The notes under the pieces are model-generated. The model had not been told where the DNA came from and did not search any database. It was given only the letters and a program-made list of their open reading frames with translations. DNA of 64,000 nt. Origin: Gemmatimonadota bacterium (GTDB lineage: Bacteria > JAAXHH01). This document shows, piece after piece, positions 20,439-29,674 of the stretch (positions are counted from its first letter, which is position 1; every line of letters starts with the position of its first letter). The stretch covers positions 72,408 through 136,407 of the forward strand of contig JAPPBT010000058.1 of assembly GCA_026702745.1 (NCBI GenBank). The letters run 5' to 3'. A program made the position numbers and the translations under genes.

Positions 20439-20575
20439 GACTCGCGTCGCGTAGCAACGCCCTGGTCGGAGCGCCCAAATAAGACTCGCGTCGCGTAGCA
20501 ACGCCCTGGTCGGAGCGCCCAAATAAGACTCGCGTCGCGTAGCAACGCCCTGGTCGGAGCGCCCAAATAAGACTC
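20418..20575 (+). repeat. 44-bp tandem repeat (~3.5 copies) containing the lptG last codons and stop
   Basis: gagcgcccaaataagactcgcgtcgcgtagcaacgccctggtcg starting at 20425, 20469, 20513; partial at 20557. Confidence 0.95.
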
Positions 20576-20582
20576 TGGCGAC

Positions 20583-21725
20583 TCAGGCGTGGTTCCTGAG
20601 TTCCTCCGCCTTGTCGCAGTTCTCCCAGGTAAATCCCGCCTCGTTGCGGCCAAAGTGACCGTACGACGCCGTGGGGCGGTAGATCGGCCGGCGCAGGTCG
20701 AGGCTTTCGATGATGCCCTGGGGCGTCAGGTCGAAGTGCTTGCGGATCAGACGCGTGATCTCCAGGTCATCGGCCGCGCCGGTACCGAAGGAATTGACGT
20801 TGACGGAAACCGGTTCCGCTACGCCAATGACGTAGGCCAGCTGGATCTCGCATTTCTCGGCCAGTCCGGCCGCGACGACGTTCTTGGCCACGTAACGGGC
20901 CGCGTAGGAAGCTGAGCGGTCCACCTTGGTCGGGTCTTTGCCCGAATAGGCCCCGCCCCCGTGGCGGCAGTAACCGCCGTAGGTGTCCACGATGATCTTC
21001 CGGCCCGTCAGGCCGGCGTCTCCCTGGGGGCCGCCGGTGACGAACCGACCTGTCGCGTTGACATGGTACTTGATCCGGCCCGGGTCGATCAACGCTTCCG
21101 GCAACGCGGGGGCAATCACTTCGTTGACGATGTCCTCCCTGATCCGCTCGTTGGAGACGTCCGGGTCGTGCTGGGCGGCGATGACCACCGTGTCGATCCG
21201 GCGGGGCTGGCCATCGACGTATTCCACCGTGACCTGCGATTTGCCGTCGGGACGCAGGTACGGGGCCGCGCCATTCTTCCGGATCGCCGCGAGGTTCCGG
21301 GTCAGCCGGTGGGCGAGGGTGATGGGCAGGGGCATCATCTCGGGGGTCTCGTTGGTCGCGTAGCCGAACATCATGCCCTGGTCGCCCGCGCCCTGCCGGT
21401 CCACCCCCATGGCGATGTCGGCCGACTGCTGGTCGAGGGATACGACCACGCCGCAGGACTCCCAGTCCAGCCCGAACCCGGAATCCGTATACCCGATGGA
21501 TTTGACGGTCTCGCGGGCCACGCTTTGCGCGTCCACGTGGCCGTCCGTCGTGATCTCCCCGCCAACGACCACCAGGCCCGTGGTGACGAAGGTTTCACAG
21601 GCCACGCGGGCGTAGGGATCCTGTTCGATGACGGCGTCAAGCACCGCGTCGGAGATCTGGTCGGCGACCTTGTCGGGATGGCCTTCGGTAACGGATTCGG
21701 AAGTGAAGAGGTAACCAGGTGTCAT
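20583..21725 (-). CDS. metK: S-adenosylmethionine synthetase
   Basis: [43 protein letters not shown]. Confidence 0.98.
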   Translation of the reverse strand: MTPGYLFTSESVTEGHPDKVADQISDAVLDAVIEQDPYARVACETFVTTGLVVVGGEITTDGHVDAQSVARETVKSIGYTDSGFGLDWESCGVVVSLDQQSADIAMGVDRQGAGDQGMMFGYATNETPEMMPLPITLAHRLTRNLAAIRKNGAAPYLRPDGKSQVTVEYVDGQPRRIDTVVIAAQHDPDVSNERIREDIVNEVIAPALPEALIDPGRIKYHVNATGRFVTGGPQGDAGLTGRKIIVDTYGGYCRHGGGAYSGKDPTKVDRSASYAARYVAKNVVAAGLAEKCEIQLAYVIGVAEPVSVNVNSFGTGAADDLEITRLIRKHFDLTPQGIIESLDLRRPIYRPTASYGHFGRNEAGFTWENCDKAEELRNHA

Positions 21726-21790
21726 GCGTCATGCTCCTGATGATCGACCCGTGGATCGGGAACGATCGGTTTCGTGGTTTCGGTAATCAG

Positions 21791-22840
21791 TCAGACGAAA
21801 ACTTCGCAGTTTGTGCCTTCCGGACTGTGTGGGCCGTCGGGGCCGCCCAGACCTCCCAGGTCGACCGGGCCGCCCAGGTTGCCCAGGCCGATCGGAACAC
21901 GCCTTACCGTGTCGGCCAGGACGGCGTGGGGGGTAACGATGGCACCCCGGAGGTCGCAGTTCTCAATACGGGCGTGGGATCCGATGGTGGCGTCGCGGAC
22001 GACGGAACGCGCGACGGAAGCCCGGGACGAGATGGCGACGTGGGGGCCGATGACCGACCGGTGGACCCGGGCGTCGTCCGCGATGTCTACCGGTGGAATG
22101 ATCACGCTGCCGGGAATGTCGCAACGCCCTCCGTTCAGGTCGAGCAGCCGCCTGTTGGCCTCCAGCAGACGCTCCGGCGTGCCGCAATCGTACAAGTCGT
22201 CGACTTCAAAGGGGACCAGGTGTTCGCCCTGTTCCACCATCCATTGCAGCGCGTCCGTCAGCTGATACTCGTTCCGGGTCCTTCGGCCGGAACGTACCAG
22301 GGTTTCCAGTCCTTCCATGAGCGGCCGGGGATTGGAGAAACCGTAGATCCCGGCGATCGCGAGATTCGAAACGGGGTGGTCGGGTTTCTCCACCAGCCGG
22401 GTGATCCGCCTGTCCTCGACCTCGACCAGTCCGTACCGGCTAAGGTCACCGGCGACCCGCTTGACGCCGATGGCGTTACCGGGCGGTTCGTCGGCGAGGA
22501 AAGCAAAATCAGACAGATAGATGACGTCACCCAGCAGGACCAGGAGCGGCTCGTCATCCACGAGGTCCGCGCACAGGTGCACGGCGTGTCCGATCCCGAG
22601 CGGCTCTTGTTGCAAGACGTACCGGGCTTCGAGGTCATCCCGCCGGTCGACGTACCGGCGGATGGCGTCACCCGACGGCGAGATTACCAACACAACGTCG
22701 CGGATGCCCATGGCGGTTACCTGGTCGAGCAGGTATTCCAGCACCGGCTTGCCGGCGACGGGGACCAAGGCCTTGGGAGTCTCAAGCGTGACGGGGTGCA
22801 ATCGGCTGCCGCTGCCGGCGACGGGAATGATGGCTTTCAT
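21791..22840 (-). CDS. Sugar-phosphate nucleotidyltransferase with C-terminal beta-helix
   Basis: MKAIIPVAGSGSRL..PKAL, LGD, VEKP, EYQLTDA, DCGT. Confidence 0.85.
   Translation of the reverse strand: MKAIIPVAGSGSRLHPVTLETPKALVPVAGKPVLEYLLDQVTAMGIRDVVLVISPSGDAIRRYVDRRDDLEARYVLQQEPLGIGHAVHLCADLVDDEPLLVLLGDVIYLSDFAFLADEPPGNAIGVKRVAGDLSRYGLVEVEDRRITRLVEKPDHPVSNLAIAGIYGFSNPRPLMEGLETLVRSGRRTRNEYQLTDALQWMVEQGEHLVPFEVDDLYDCGTPERLLEANRRLLDLNGGRCDIPGSVIIPPVDIADDARVHRSVIGPHVAISSRASVARSVVRDATIGSHARIENCDLRGAIVTPHAVLADTVRRVPIGLGNLGGPVDLGGLGGPDGPHSPEGTNCEVFV
21830..21893 (-). repeat. In-frame 9-bp-period minisatellite near the nucleotidyltransferase C-terminus
   Basis: + strand: gggccgtcg gggccgccc agacctccc aggtcgacc gggccgccc aggttgccc aggccgatc. 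Confidence 0.7.
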
Positions 22841-22983
22841 GGAGATTCCTTGCGCGTGCGCACCCTCTCCCGGCGGAACGCGCCGGGACCGAAAAGAACG
22901 GTTCAGTAAGTAACAACGGACCAGGGCCGCGCGCAACAGAAATCATCGTCGCCGGAAGCTGCCAACCACGGTCTACTCGCCGG

Positions 22984-23014
22984 CGGATCCCCGTCTTCGC
23001 GGCTGCGGGATCCG
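22984..23014 (-). terminator. GC-rich hairpin downstream of the GlmL-like operon
   Basis: cggatccc ... gggatccg inverted repeat; no U-tract, so terminator role uncertain. Confidence 0.3.
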
Positions 23015-23043
23015 GTCTCTTCGGCTGCATGCTGTCCCGGGAT

Positions 23044-23718
23044 TCAGAAGATCGAACCGAGCCAGGCACCGAGGGCTTCCATCCGGCCGGTCAGCAGGGA
23101 GATGCGCGCCATGACCGTGTAGCCGAAGGCCGCGCCGAAGGTCACCATCAGCACCCAGATACCCGCGCGGGACACGTGTCCCAGCACGCCCTTGTGCTCG
23201 ACAGAGAAGAAGAAGTATACCAGGCCGCAGATCACGCCCAGGACGAGTACGACGTGGGAGAAACTGGCGCCCCAGAGCAGGTTGCCCGAAGCATCGAGCA
23301 CCACGAGGGGAATCATGGTACTCTGGACCTGGATGATGAAGTCCGAATCGAGGAAACGGGGCAGGTTGAATCCCGCCGCACCGCCGACGATGAAGGCCAG
23401 GGCCCAGCGGCTGAGCCAGGCCCAGCGTTCGATCAGGCGGGTGAGCAGCAGCAGGCCGAAGACGGCGGGGATAAGGTAGTAGTAGTCCGGCGACCGGCCC
23501 ACGGCGCCGGGCACGACGCCTGACATGAGCGAAGGGAACAGCTTGCCGAGCAGGTTCGGCACCAGGTGGTCCCAGAACCCGACGGCCATCAGGTAAGCGG
23601 CCGAAACGCCGACGAACAGGTGTTCGGCGAACTTGTAGAAGGGATTGTCCCGGTAAAGGAAACTGAGGATCATCAGCGTGAGGGCCGCGTCGATCCAGAG
23701 CATCAGCGTTACATCCAT
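23044..23718 (-). CDS. Polytopic membrane protein of unknown function (GlmL-like operon, gene 7)
   Basis: About 6 hydrophobic segments; YRDNPFYKFAEHLFVG and FGAAFGYTVMARISLL. Confidence 0.8.
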   Translation of the reverse strand: MDVTLMLWIDAALTLMILSFLYRDNPFYKFAEHLFVGVSAAYLMAVGFWDHLVPNLLGKLFPSLMSGVVPGAVGRSPDYYYLIPAVFGLLLLTRLIERWAWLSRWALAFIVGGAAGFNLPRFLDSDFIIQVQSTMIPLVVLDASGNLLWGASFSHVVLVLGVICGLVYFFFSVEHKGVLGHVSRAGIWVLMVTFGAAFGYTVMARISLLTGRMEALGAWLGSIF

Positions 23719-23734
23719 AAATAGTCCTCTATGG

Positions 23735-23833
23735 CCGGTGTCAGACCCGGTCCCTCTGGCATGTCCGGTCTGTCCGGCCGGCCTAGCCTGCCCGGTTACC
23801 CTGGCCCGTTCTGCCCGCCCGGTCCGCCCGGCC
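23735..23833. repeat. 9-bp-period minisatellite spanning the 3' end of the 23783 CDS and the intergenic gap
   Basis: tgtccggtc tgtccggcc ggcctagcc tgcccggtt accctggcc cgttctgcc cgcccggtc cgcccggcc. Confidence 0.7.
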
Positions 23834-24670
23834 GAAGAAATAGGCCAGGTTGCCCAACAGGACCAGCAGTACGATCAGCACGTGGGTCACGACCTGGGGA
23901 CCCATGCGCATGGTGGCCTCCATGGTGGCGTTCCGGTAGGCCGGATACCGGTCCACCAGGGCGGACTCGTACTCGGAAGCCCCTTTGAGGCCGCCCATCA
24001 GGCCGACCAGTTGCTGGGGATAATAGGGATAGAGTTCCGGCGCCACCACGGCCGTGCCGCCTCCCATGACGGGAATCCCCGCGATGTCGCCCGCGAACTG
24101 GATCCACTCCTTCAGTCCCGGGTCCCCTGCGGTCAGGCTCAGGATGATGACGTAGTCCACCATCTCGTCCACGTCCGCGGTTATGGGAAGGTCGTCGAGG
24201 GGCGTGCCCTCCGCGTCGGCGTTGACCAGGGTCCTGAAGTTGACCACCATGGTGTTGATCGCGCCGCCCAGGCCGGCCTTGTACCCCAGGTTCACGAAGT
24301 CCCGGCCGTACGCCTTGTCCGGAAACTCCTCGGGCAGCAGGTTGTCCGTAATCTTCTTGATCTGTCCCACCCCCTCGGGGAACAGGGTGAAGAAGGACAC
24401 CTCGTGGCCGCGGATCATCGTATGCCGCACGAGGGCCTTCGCCATGGGATCCAGCTCGGGAGCGGTGTCCGGACCGTAGTCGAAGGAAAGGAACACCCGC
24501 GACCCGGCCGGAAGTCGTTCCACGGTGTCGAAGATCGACTGGACGATAGGCGTGGGGCTGTCCTGGAAACGGGGTTTCAGGAGCAGTGGAATGCAGACCG
24601 CCGCCCCGATGAGAAGGAAGATGATCCGGCGGTCGATCTGCAGGATGAAATCGGGAATCCGCATGCTCAC
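23783..24670 (-). CDS. Membrane-anchored protein with large soluble domain, unknown function (operon gene 6)
   Basis: N- and C-terminal TM helices flanking about 240 aa; DYGP...ELDP, VNLGY, GLMGGLKGASEYE; ATG overlaps upstream TGA. Confidence 0.8.
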   Translation of the reverse strand: MSMRIPDFILQIDRRIIFLLIGAAVCIPLLLKPRFQDSPTPIVQSIFDTVERLPAGSRVFLSFDYGPDTAPELDPMAKALVRHTMIRGHEVSFFTLFPEGVGQIKKITDNLLPEEFPDKAYGRDFVNLGYKAGLGGAINTMVVNFRTLVNADAEGTPLDDLPITADVDEMVDYVIILSLTAGDPGLKEWIQFAGDIAGIPVMGGGTAVVAPELYPYYPQQLVGLMGGLKGASEYESALVDRYPAYRNATMEATMRMGPQVVTHVLIVLLVLLGNLAYFFGRADRAGRTGQGNRAG

Positions 24671-25347
24671 TCTCCCCGTCCCAGGTAGTTGCGTTCGATC
24701 CCCAGGATGATGCGCAGAGAAGTCGCGATGACCCCCAGGGCGATGCCGATCATGATGGCCCGCTGGCCGGCCGTATTGGGCCAGGCCATAATCCAGTTGG
24801 CCAGGTTCGGCAGTTCGAGGAAGGCCAGGCTTTCCGGCATCCAGGCTGTCAGCCAGGCCCCTACGGGCGTCCTACCCAGCAGGATGACCATCGCGGCCGA
24901 CAGGAGGATGGTCGCCTCTTTCGTGCGCGCCCGGAAGGCACGGTAGGACGCCGACGCGACGAAGAAGGCCAGCAGGGAGAACATGGTGGCCGACAGCGGG
25001 TTGTAGACCCCGTCGAACATGAACCGCAGCCAGGAACCCGAGGCCAGGATCTCCCCACCCATCCCGCCGGGGTTGCCCACCTTGAACAGGCCGATCACGA
25101 GGGTGACGAGAAACGCCACCAGGGTCACCACGCTGTAGGGCCAGTCCGCAGCGCGGCTGGAAACGCGTTTCAGGTGAATCTTGAGCAGGCTCCCGCCGCC
25201 GAGGATGAACGCAAAGACGGTGATGATGGCGAAGTAATCCGAGAAACTCTCGTAGAGCGTATTGAAGGGACCCCGCGTCACGAAGTAGCCCGTGATCAGG
25301 ACCACGCCGATGATAAAGGTGATGATGAGGGGTATTCTACGGCGCAT
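24667..25347 (-). CDS. Polytopic membrane protein of unknown function (operon gene 5)
   Basis: About 6 TM; ATMFSLLAFFVASASYRAFRAR, RAIMIGIALG..LRIILGIER. Confidence 0.8.
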   Translation of the reverse strand: MRRRIPLIITFIIGVVLITGYFVTRGPFNTLYESFSDYFAIITVFAFILGGGSLLKIHLKRVSSRAADWPYSVVTLVAFLVTLVIGLFKVGNPGGMGGEILASGSWLRFMFDGVYNPLSATMFSLLAFFVASASYRAFRARTKEATILLSAAMVILLGRTPVGAWLTAWMPESLAFLELPNLANWIMAWPNTAGQRAIMIGIALGVIATSLRIILGIERNYLGRGE

Positions 25348-25352
25348 GGGAC

Positions 25353-26330
25353 CTACCTGAAGAGCCAGAGCACGATTTCGGAGACTTCGCGGACGGTTTC
25401 ACTTCCGGTAATGGATTCCAGGGTGGCCAGCGCGCTGCCGGCCAGGATGAATACGATGGCGATGCCCTTGCCGGCGTCCTGTCCCTTCAGGCTGCCCAGC
25501 ATGCGTGGTTCCTTGGACAGGTACGCGCTGGCAGCGAACAGTTCCTCTCCGATCAGCGTATAGTCGCAGGCCGCCACGAAGAAGGGCAACTGGGGAGGCC
25601 TGGCCGTCCCCGCGATCTGTATGGCGCCGATGGAGTTGCCCGTTTCCGCCAGGATAAGCGATTCGGCGTAGAACCCGCCCAGGTAGAAGCAGGCGGCCGG
25701 CTTTTCCCGCACGATGATGCCGTCTACGGCCGCCGCGTAGGCGAACTGCGCATCGGAGACGTAGTGTATGTCGTCTTCCTGGTAGGCGTCGGGGCGGCCC
25801 GCGGTCAGGTAGGATTGCTGCACGGTTTCCCGGGCCACGCTCATGACGAGGGACTTGCGCACGGGCACGTGCAATCTGGAATCGTAGCCCGCGATGATGG
25901 TGGCGAGATGACCCAGCAGGTTCATGGACGCGATGGTCTGCACCTCGTCCATGTCGTTCAGGCCGGGGACGTAGAGGATGGGCTTGCCCATCTCCGTCGC
26001 CCGTCCCACGGCTTCCTCCACCGTCTCCAGGCCGGCGATCTTGCGTATGAAAAGCGGCCGGCCCGCGGAGGCCAGCACCACGTAAAGCAGGATAGCGCCC
26101 GTCAGGACGATCCCCAGGACCAGGGCCTGGGTCCGGTCCGCGTTGAACCAGCCGGATTCGGTGCCGGCCTGGGCCAGTACGGGATCCGGCTGCAGCACGG
26201 AGAAGATTGCCGTGAGGGCGAGGATCGCCCGCGACAAGGAGAAGTCCGCCGCGAAGGCAAGGACCGCCTGCGACAGGCCGGTCGCGGTGGTTAAGTTCTG
26301 CGGTATGCGGGTCGTTGGGCGGAAATGCAT
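25353..26330 (-). CDS. DUF6754-like membrane protein (operon gene 4)
   Basis: IRKIAGL..VEEAVGRATEMGKP, FYAESLILAE, QLPFFVAACDYTLIGEELFAASAYL; family name recalled, not searched. Confidence 0.75.
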   Translation of the reverse strand: MHFRPTTRIPQNLTTATGLSQAVLAFAADFSLSRAILALTAIFSVLQPDPVLAQAGTESGWFNADRTQALVLGIVLTGAILLYVVLASAGRPLFIRKIAGLETVEEAVGRATEMGKPILYVPGLNDMDEVQTIASMNLLGHLATIIAGYDSRLHVPVRKSLVMSVARETVQQSYLTAGRPDAYQEDDIHYVSDAQFAYAAAVDGIIVREKPAACFYLGGFYAESLILAETGNSIGAIQIAGTARPPQLPFFVAACDYTLIGEELFAASAYLSKEPRMLGSLKGQDAGKGIAIVFILAGSALATLESITGSETVREVSEIVLWLFR

Positions 26331-27469
26331 CAGGTCTCCACGATCTCCACGTTCGCCCGGGGCACCGTCACGAGCGCTCCGTTCGTCCGGCGCGCTTCCA
26401 GCACCCGTGCGAAGGCGCCCGTGGGAAGCCGCACGGGCTGTTCGGGCAGCGACGCCACCGTAGCGAGTTCACCGAACCAGGGTTCGCGGATCAGGCGTAC
26501 GAGCGAACCGGCTTCAAGGCCGCGGCCGGCCGGGGCCGCCCGATCCGAGGAGGCCTGATCAGCAGACGCCTCGTCGCCGTCGGACCTGATGATGATCTCG
26601 GGACGGATCACACCGGCCCGGATCTGCGTGGCGCCGCTCAGGGAAGCTTCGCGGTCCTGCATGGAACGGAGCAGTTCGAAGGTGCGTTCTGCCATGGGCA
26701 GCCATCCGAAGCCTTCGGTGACGATCATGGTCAGTCCGATGTCTTCCCCGCCAGTCACCGCGACGCCGATCTGGTATCCCAGGAGGTCGCCGATATCGTG
26801 GTAACGCATGCCGCCCACGACAACGCCGGACGCGCCAACCTCTATCAACTTACGCAACGCGTCAAGGGTGATCATGGATCCGCAGCATACGATCCGGCCC
26901 CGCAGACGGTCATCGATCATTTTGCCGGTGACCTCTTCCTCGGGCGATTGGACGATCTGGCTTATGGGCGCGTGCGTTTCGCCCCCCACGCCGAAGATCC
27001 CCTGAATGCAGGCGCCGGCCGTTTCCACCACGACGCCCTCCCCCGGCAGTGTTTCGGTGACCGTGCCGTCGAGGTAGGCGTTGATCCGCACCGGGGTCGA
27101 CGGTTCCCGGATGAGCACCTGGCCGGTCACTTCCGAGACCATTTCGATGGTGCCGCTTTCGGGACCCCGGACGCTGGATTTGAACAATCCGAAGATCCCC
27201 TTCGATTCGGCGATCAGTTCGCCTTTCGCCACCGGTTCGTCCCGCTGCTTGAGCATGCAGCCCGGCACTTCTTCCGGTGCGATGGCCAGGGCATTGGCCA
27301 CATTGACGTTGTGCACCGGTCCGGGCAGGTAGGTCTCGGCGACTACCGTGTCAGGCCGTACCCGGTCGCCGACCTCCACCAGCACCTGGCCGCTCAGCGG
27401 AAGGCGACGCGTCCTGGCGACGACGGTCCGGGGCGATACGCGCAGGCCTGATGTATAGGCGTGGGCCAT
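26330..27469 (-). CDS. Soluble protein with barrel-sandwich-hybrid-like repeats and C-terminal KOW-like motif (operon gene 3)
   Basis: VLVEVGDRV, EPVAKGELIA, VRGPESGTIE; GSLVRLIREPWFG; TGATG coupling at both ends. Confidence 0.8.
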   Translation of the reverse strand: MAHAYTSGLRVSPRTVVARTRRLPLSGQVLVEVGDRVRPDTVVAETYLPGPVHNVNVANALAIAPEEVPGCMLKQRDEPVAKGELIAESKGIFGLFKSSVRGPESGTIEMVSEVTGQVLIREPSTPVRINAYLDGTVTETLPGEGVVVETAGACIQGIFGVGGETHAPISQIVQSPEEEVTGKMIDDRLRGRIVCCGSMITLDALRKLIEVGASGVVVGGMRYHDIGDLLGYQIGVAVTGGEDIGLTMIVTEGFGWLPMAERTFELLRSMQDREASLSGATQIRAGVIRPEIIIRSDGDEASADQASSDRAAPAGRGLEAGSLVRLIREPWFGELATVASLPEQPVRLPTGAFARVLEARRTNGALVTVPRANVEIVET

Positions 27470-29271
27470 CAGTCTGGCTCCGGATAGAGGTCGAGTGCGC
27501 GGCAATCCCTTTGCAGCCTTTCCACCCGTTCGGCCGCGTCCGCCGGCCAATGAAGCGGTCTGCCGCGGGTGTCGACGATCACGCCCAGGGGACCGTTCCG
27601 CACGGTACGGGCGACCGTCACGCCCCGTCCGGCGCCGGCGTCGAAACTACGGACGGGCACGACCTCCAGGGCGACCTCCTCCGCCTCCCCGGCCGGAATC
27701 GCGGCCAGTTCGCCCACGGCCGCCTCGTGCGTCCATTCCCCGTCGTCCGTCCTCGCCCTGACGGTCGCGCACGGGGTGCCGCGCGCTCCGGTACCCACGG
27801 GCGCCACGCACGGACCGAGATGGACAAGGCAATCCCGGTCGAAAACCTCCAGTGCCGCGGTTTCATGCACGGTCGACAGCACGCCCAGGTGGGGCATCAT
27901 GAAGATGCTGTCCACCGCCAGGTTCGTGATGCCCTCGGGCTGGAAGGCGTCCACCATCATCAGCGCGGCCTGCGCCCGGCTCGGTGCGTGGGAGAGCACG
28001 CCCCCGCTGCCGATGACCAGGTCCAGGTTCATCAGATCGACCAGGGTCCGGCCGCCCGTCTGCTGGTCGAAGGTGTCCGATATGGTTCGAAGCTGTTGCA
28101 CGCCCTTCAACTCGACGGCGAAGTTCCGGTGCTGCTCGAAGGCCAGCCGCAGGGCCTCGCGGGCCACGGCCTGCTCGATGATCAGCTCCTCCAGGGTCTG
28201 GGGGATGCTGGTGGGCCGGATCATCTTGTTGCCCATGCGGTCTTTCAGGTCGGCGTCGGTCATTTCAAAGGGCAGCCACCGGGCGATGTTATCCAGCCCC
28301 GCCTCCGTCAGCACGTTGGAAATACTGTAGCTCATGCCGAGATTGGCGCTGACGGTCCGGTTGAACGCGCCGCCGAAGACCGAAAACACGTCGGTGGTCG
28401 CACCGCCGATATCCACACCCAGCACGTCGATGCCACTTCGTTCCGCGACGACCCGAACCATCCGTCCCACGGCGCCGGGTGTAGGCATGATCGGCACGTG
28501 GGTCCACGCCATCAGGTCGCTGTACCCGGGCGCCTGGGCCATCACGTGTTCCATGAACAGGGTGTGGATCTGTTCCCGGGCGGGGCCCAGGTTCTCCGCT
28601 TCGAGCACGGGCCGCAGGTTATCCACCCGGCTGAGTTCCGTCCGTTCGGCCAGAATTCGTCCGACGTCTTCGCGGGCGTCGGCGTTCCCGGCGTAGATGA
28701 CCGGCAGATCGTAGCCGCTGCCCAGCCGGGGTCTCGGGTCCGCCGCGGCGATCAGTTCGGCCATCTCGACCACGTGGGACTTCGTGCCGCCGTCCACGCC
28801 GCCGGACAGCAGGATCATGTCCGGCCGGAGCTGACGTATGCGTTCGATGCGCTCGTGGGGCAGGCGCCCGTCGTTTGACGCCAGGGTTTCCATGACGATG
28901 GCGCCCGCGCCCAGGGCCGCCCGTTCGGCACTCTCGGCGGTCATGCTCTTGACCACGCCGGCCACCATCATCTGGAGCCCTCCGCCGGCGCTGCTCGTCG
29001 AGACGTAGAGGTCCACCCCGCGGTCACCCTCGGCGGGCGACACGATCCGTTCTCCGTCGAGGATCTCGCGGCCGGACTGCTCCTCCACCTCGCGCACCGC
29101 GTTGAGGACGCCCCGCGTGACGTCCTCGAAGGGCGCTTCCACGGTCGTTGGCGCCTCACCGCGAACGACGAGACGGTAGGCGTCGGCGCGTCGCTTGATC
29201 AGGATGGCCTTGGTGGTGGTGCTGCCGCAGTCCGTGGCCAGGATGACGCTGGTTTCTGGTGGAAGGGACAT
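27469..29271 (-). CDS. Glutamate mutase L (GlmL/MutL-reactivase)-like ASKHA-fold ATPase (operon gene 2)
   Basis: ATDCGSTTTK, SSAGGGL, LSGGVDGG, MPTPGAV, DIGGATTDVFS, RTVSANLG, GSGGVL. Confidence 0.85.
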   Translation of the reverse strand: MSLPPETSVILATDCGSTTTKAILIKRRADAYRLVVRGEAPTTVEAPFEDVTRGVLNAVREVEEQSGREILDGERIVSPAEGDRGVDLYVSTSSAGGGLQMMVAGVVKSMTAESAERAALGAGAIVMETLASNDGRLPHERIERIRQLRPDMILLSGGVDGGTKSHVVEMAELIAAADPRPRLGSGYDLPVIYAGNADAREDVGRILAERTELSRVDNLRPVLEAENLGPAREQIHTLFMEHVMAQAPGYSDLMAWTHVPIMPTPGAVGRMVRVVAERSGIDVLGVDIGGATTDVFSVFGGAFNRTVSANLGMSYSISNVLTEAGLDNIARWLPFEMTDADLKDRMGNKMIRPTSIPQTLEELIIEQAVAREALRLAFEQHRNFAVELKGVQQLRTISDTFDQQTGGRTLVDLMNLDLVIGSGGVLSHAPSRAQAALMMVDAFQPEGITNLAVDSIFMMPHLGVLSTVHETAALEVFDRDCLVHLGPCVAPVGTGARGTPCATVRARTDDGEWTHEAAVGELAAIPAGEAEEVALEVVPVRSFDAGAGRGVTVARTVRNGPLGVIVDTRGRPLHWPADAAERVERLQRDCRALDLYPEPD

Positions 29272-29275
29272 GGAG

Positions 29276-29569
29276 TCAGTTTACCGTGTCATCCGCCCCG
29301 GAGGCGTGATGCTCAATGCGCTGGATCAGGAACTCCACGTTCTCCCGGCGCTCGATGGCCTCGGCGATCCGGTCGTAGTCCGACGCGTCCACCACCATGT
29401 GAATGAAGGGGCTCAGGAAAGCCATGAACTGGCCGCCCAGAAACGAGAGGGGTTTCATGGATTCCAGGAAGAGGACCGCGGGCGCGGTGAGCTCGCGCGC
29501 GGCTATGGCCTCGGCGATCCGGTCAAGCAGGGCCTGCTGTTCCGCCACGGTCTCTGATGAATCACTCAT
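29276..29569 (-). CDS. Small helical hypothetical protein (operon gene 1)
   Basis: PAVLFLESMKPLSFLGGQ..ERRENVEFLIQRIE; start trimmed to MSDSSET; 4 nt from the GlmL-like ATG. Confidence 0.75.
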   Translation of the reverse strand: MSDSSETVAEQQALLDRIAEAIAARELTAPAVLFLESMKPLSFLGGQFMAFLSPFIHMVVDASDYDRIAEAIERRENVEFLIQRIEHHASGADDTVN

Positions 29570-29570
29570 G

Positions 29571-29645
29571 CCGGTCCGCCTGGTGCACTTGATCGGCCTG
29601 GTCGTCCTGGTCGGCCTGGTCGGCCTGGTCGGTCCGACCGGTCCT
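29571..29645. repeat. Intergenic 9-bp minisatellite with perfect GGCCTGGTC units
   Basis: cgcctggtg cacttgatc ggcctggtc gtcctggtc ggcctggtc ggcctggtc ggtccgacc. Confidence 0.85.
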
Positions 29646-29674
29646 CTAACAGGCTGTCGGAGCATCTCACGGCC

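Noticed and set aside
20418-20575. 44-bp array as a CRISPR array
   Set aside because: Units are identical head-to-tail with no unique spacers, include lptG coding sequence, and no cas genes are present.
21726-23043. SAM riboswitch upstream of metK or of the nucleotidyltransferase-metK unit
   Set aside because: No SAM-I core (AUC..GAU, kink-turn) visible; only generic GC hairpins at 22868-22888 and 22984-23014.
27469-29271. DNA mismatch repair MutL, or a functional glutamate mutase locus
   Set aside because: Motifs are ASKHA-type, not GHKL; no B12-binding GlmS or GlmE subunit in the window.
29570-29665. N-terminal PTRPTRPTRTTRP extension of ORF 29276..29665
   Set aside because: It is the 9-bp minisatellite read in frame; the more plausible start is MSDSSET at 29569, though translation of the extension cannot be excluded.
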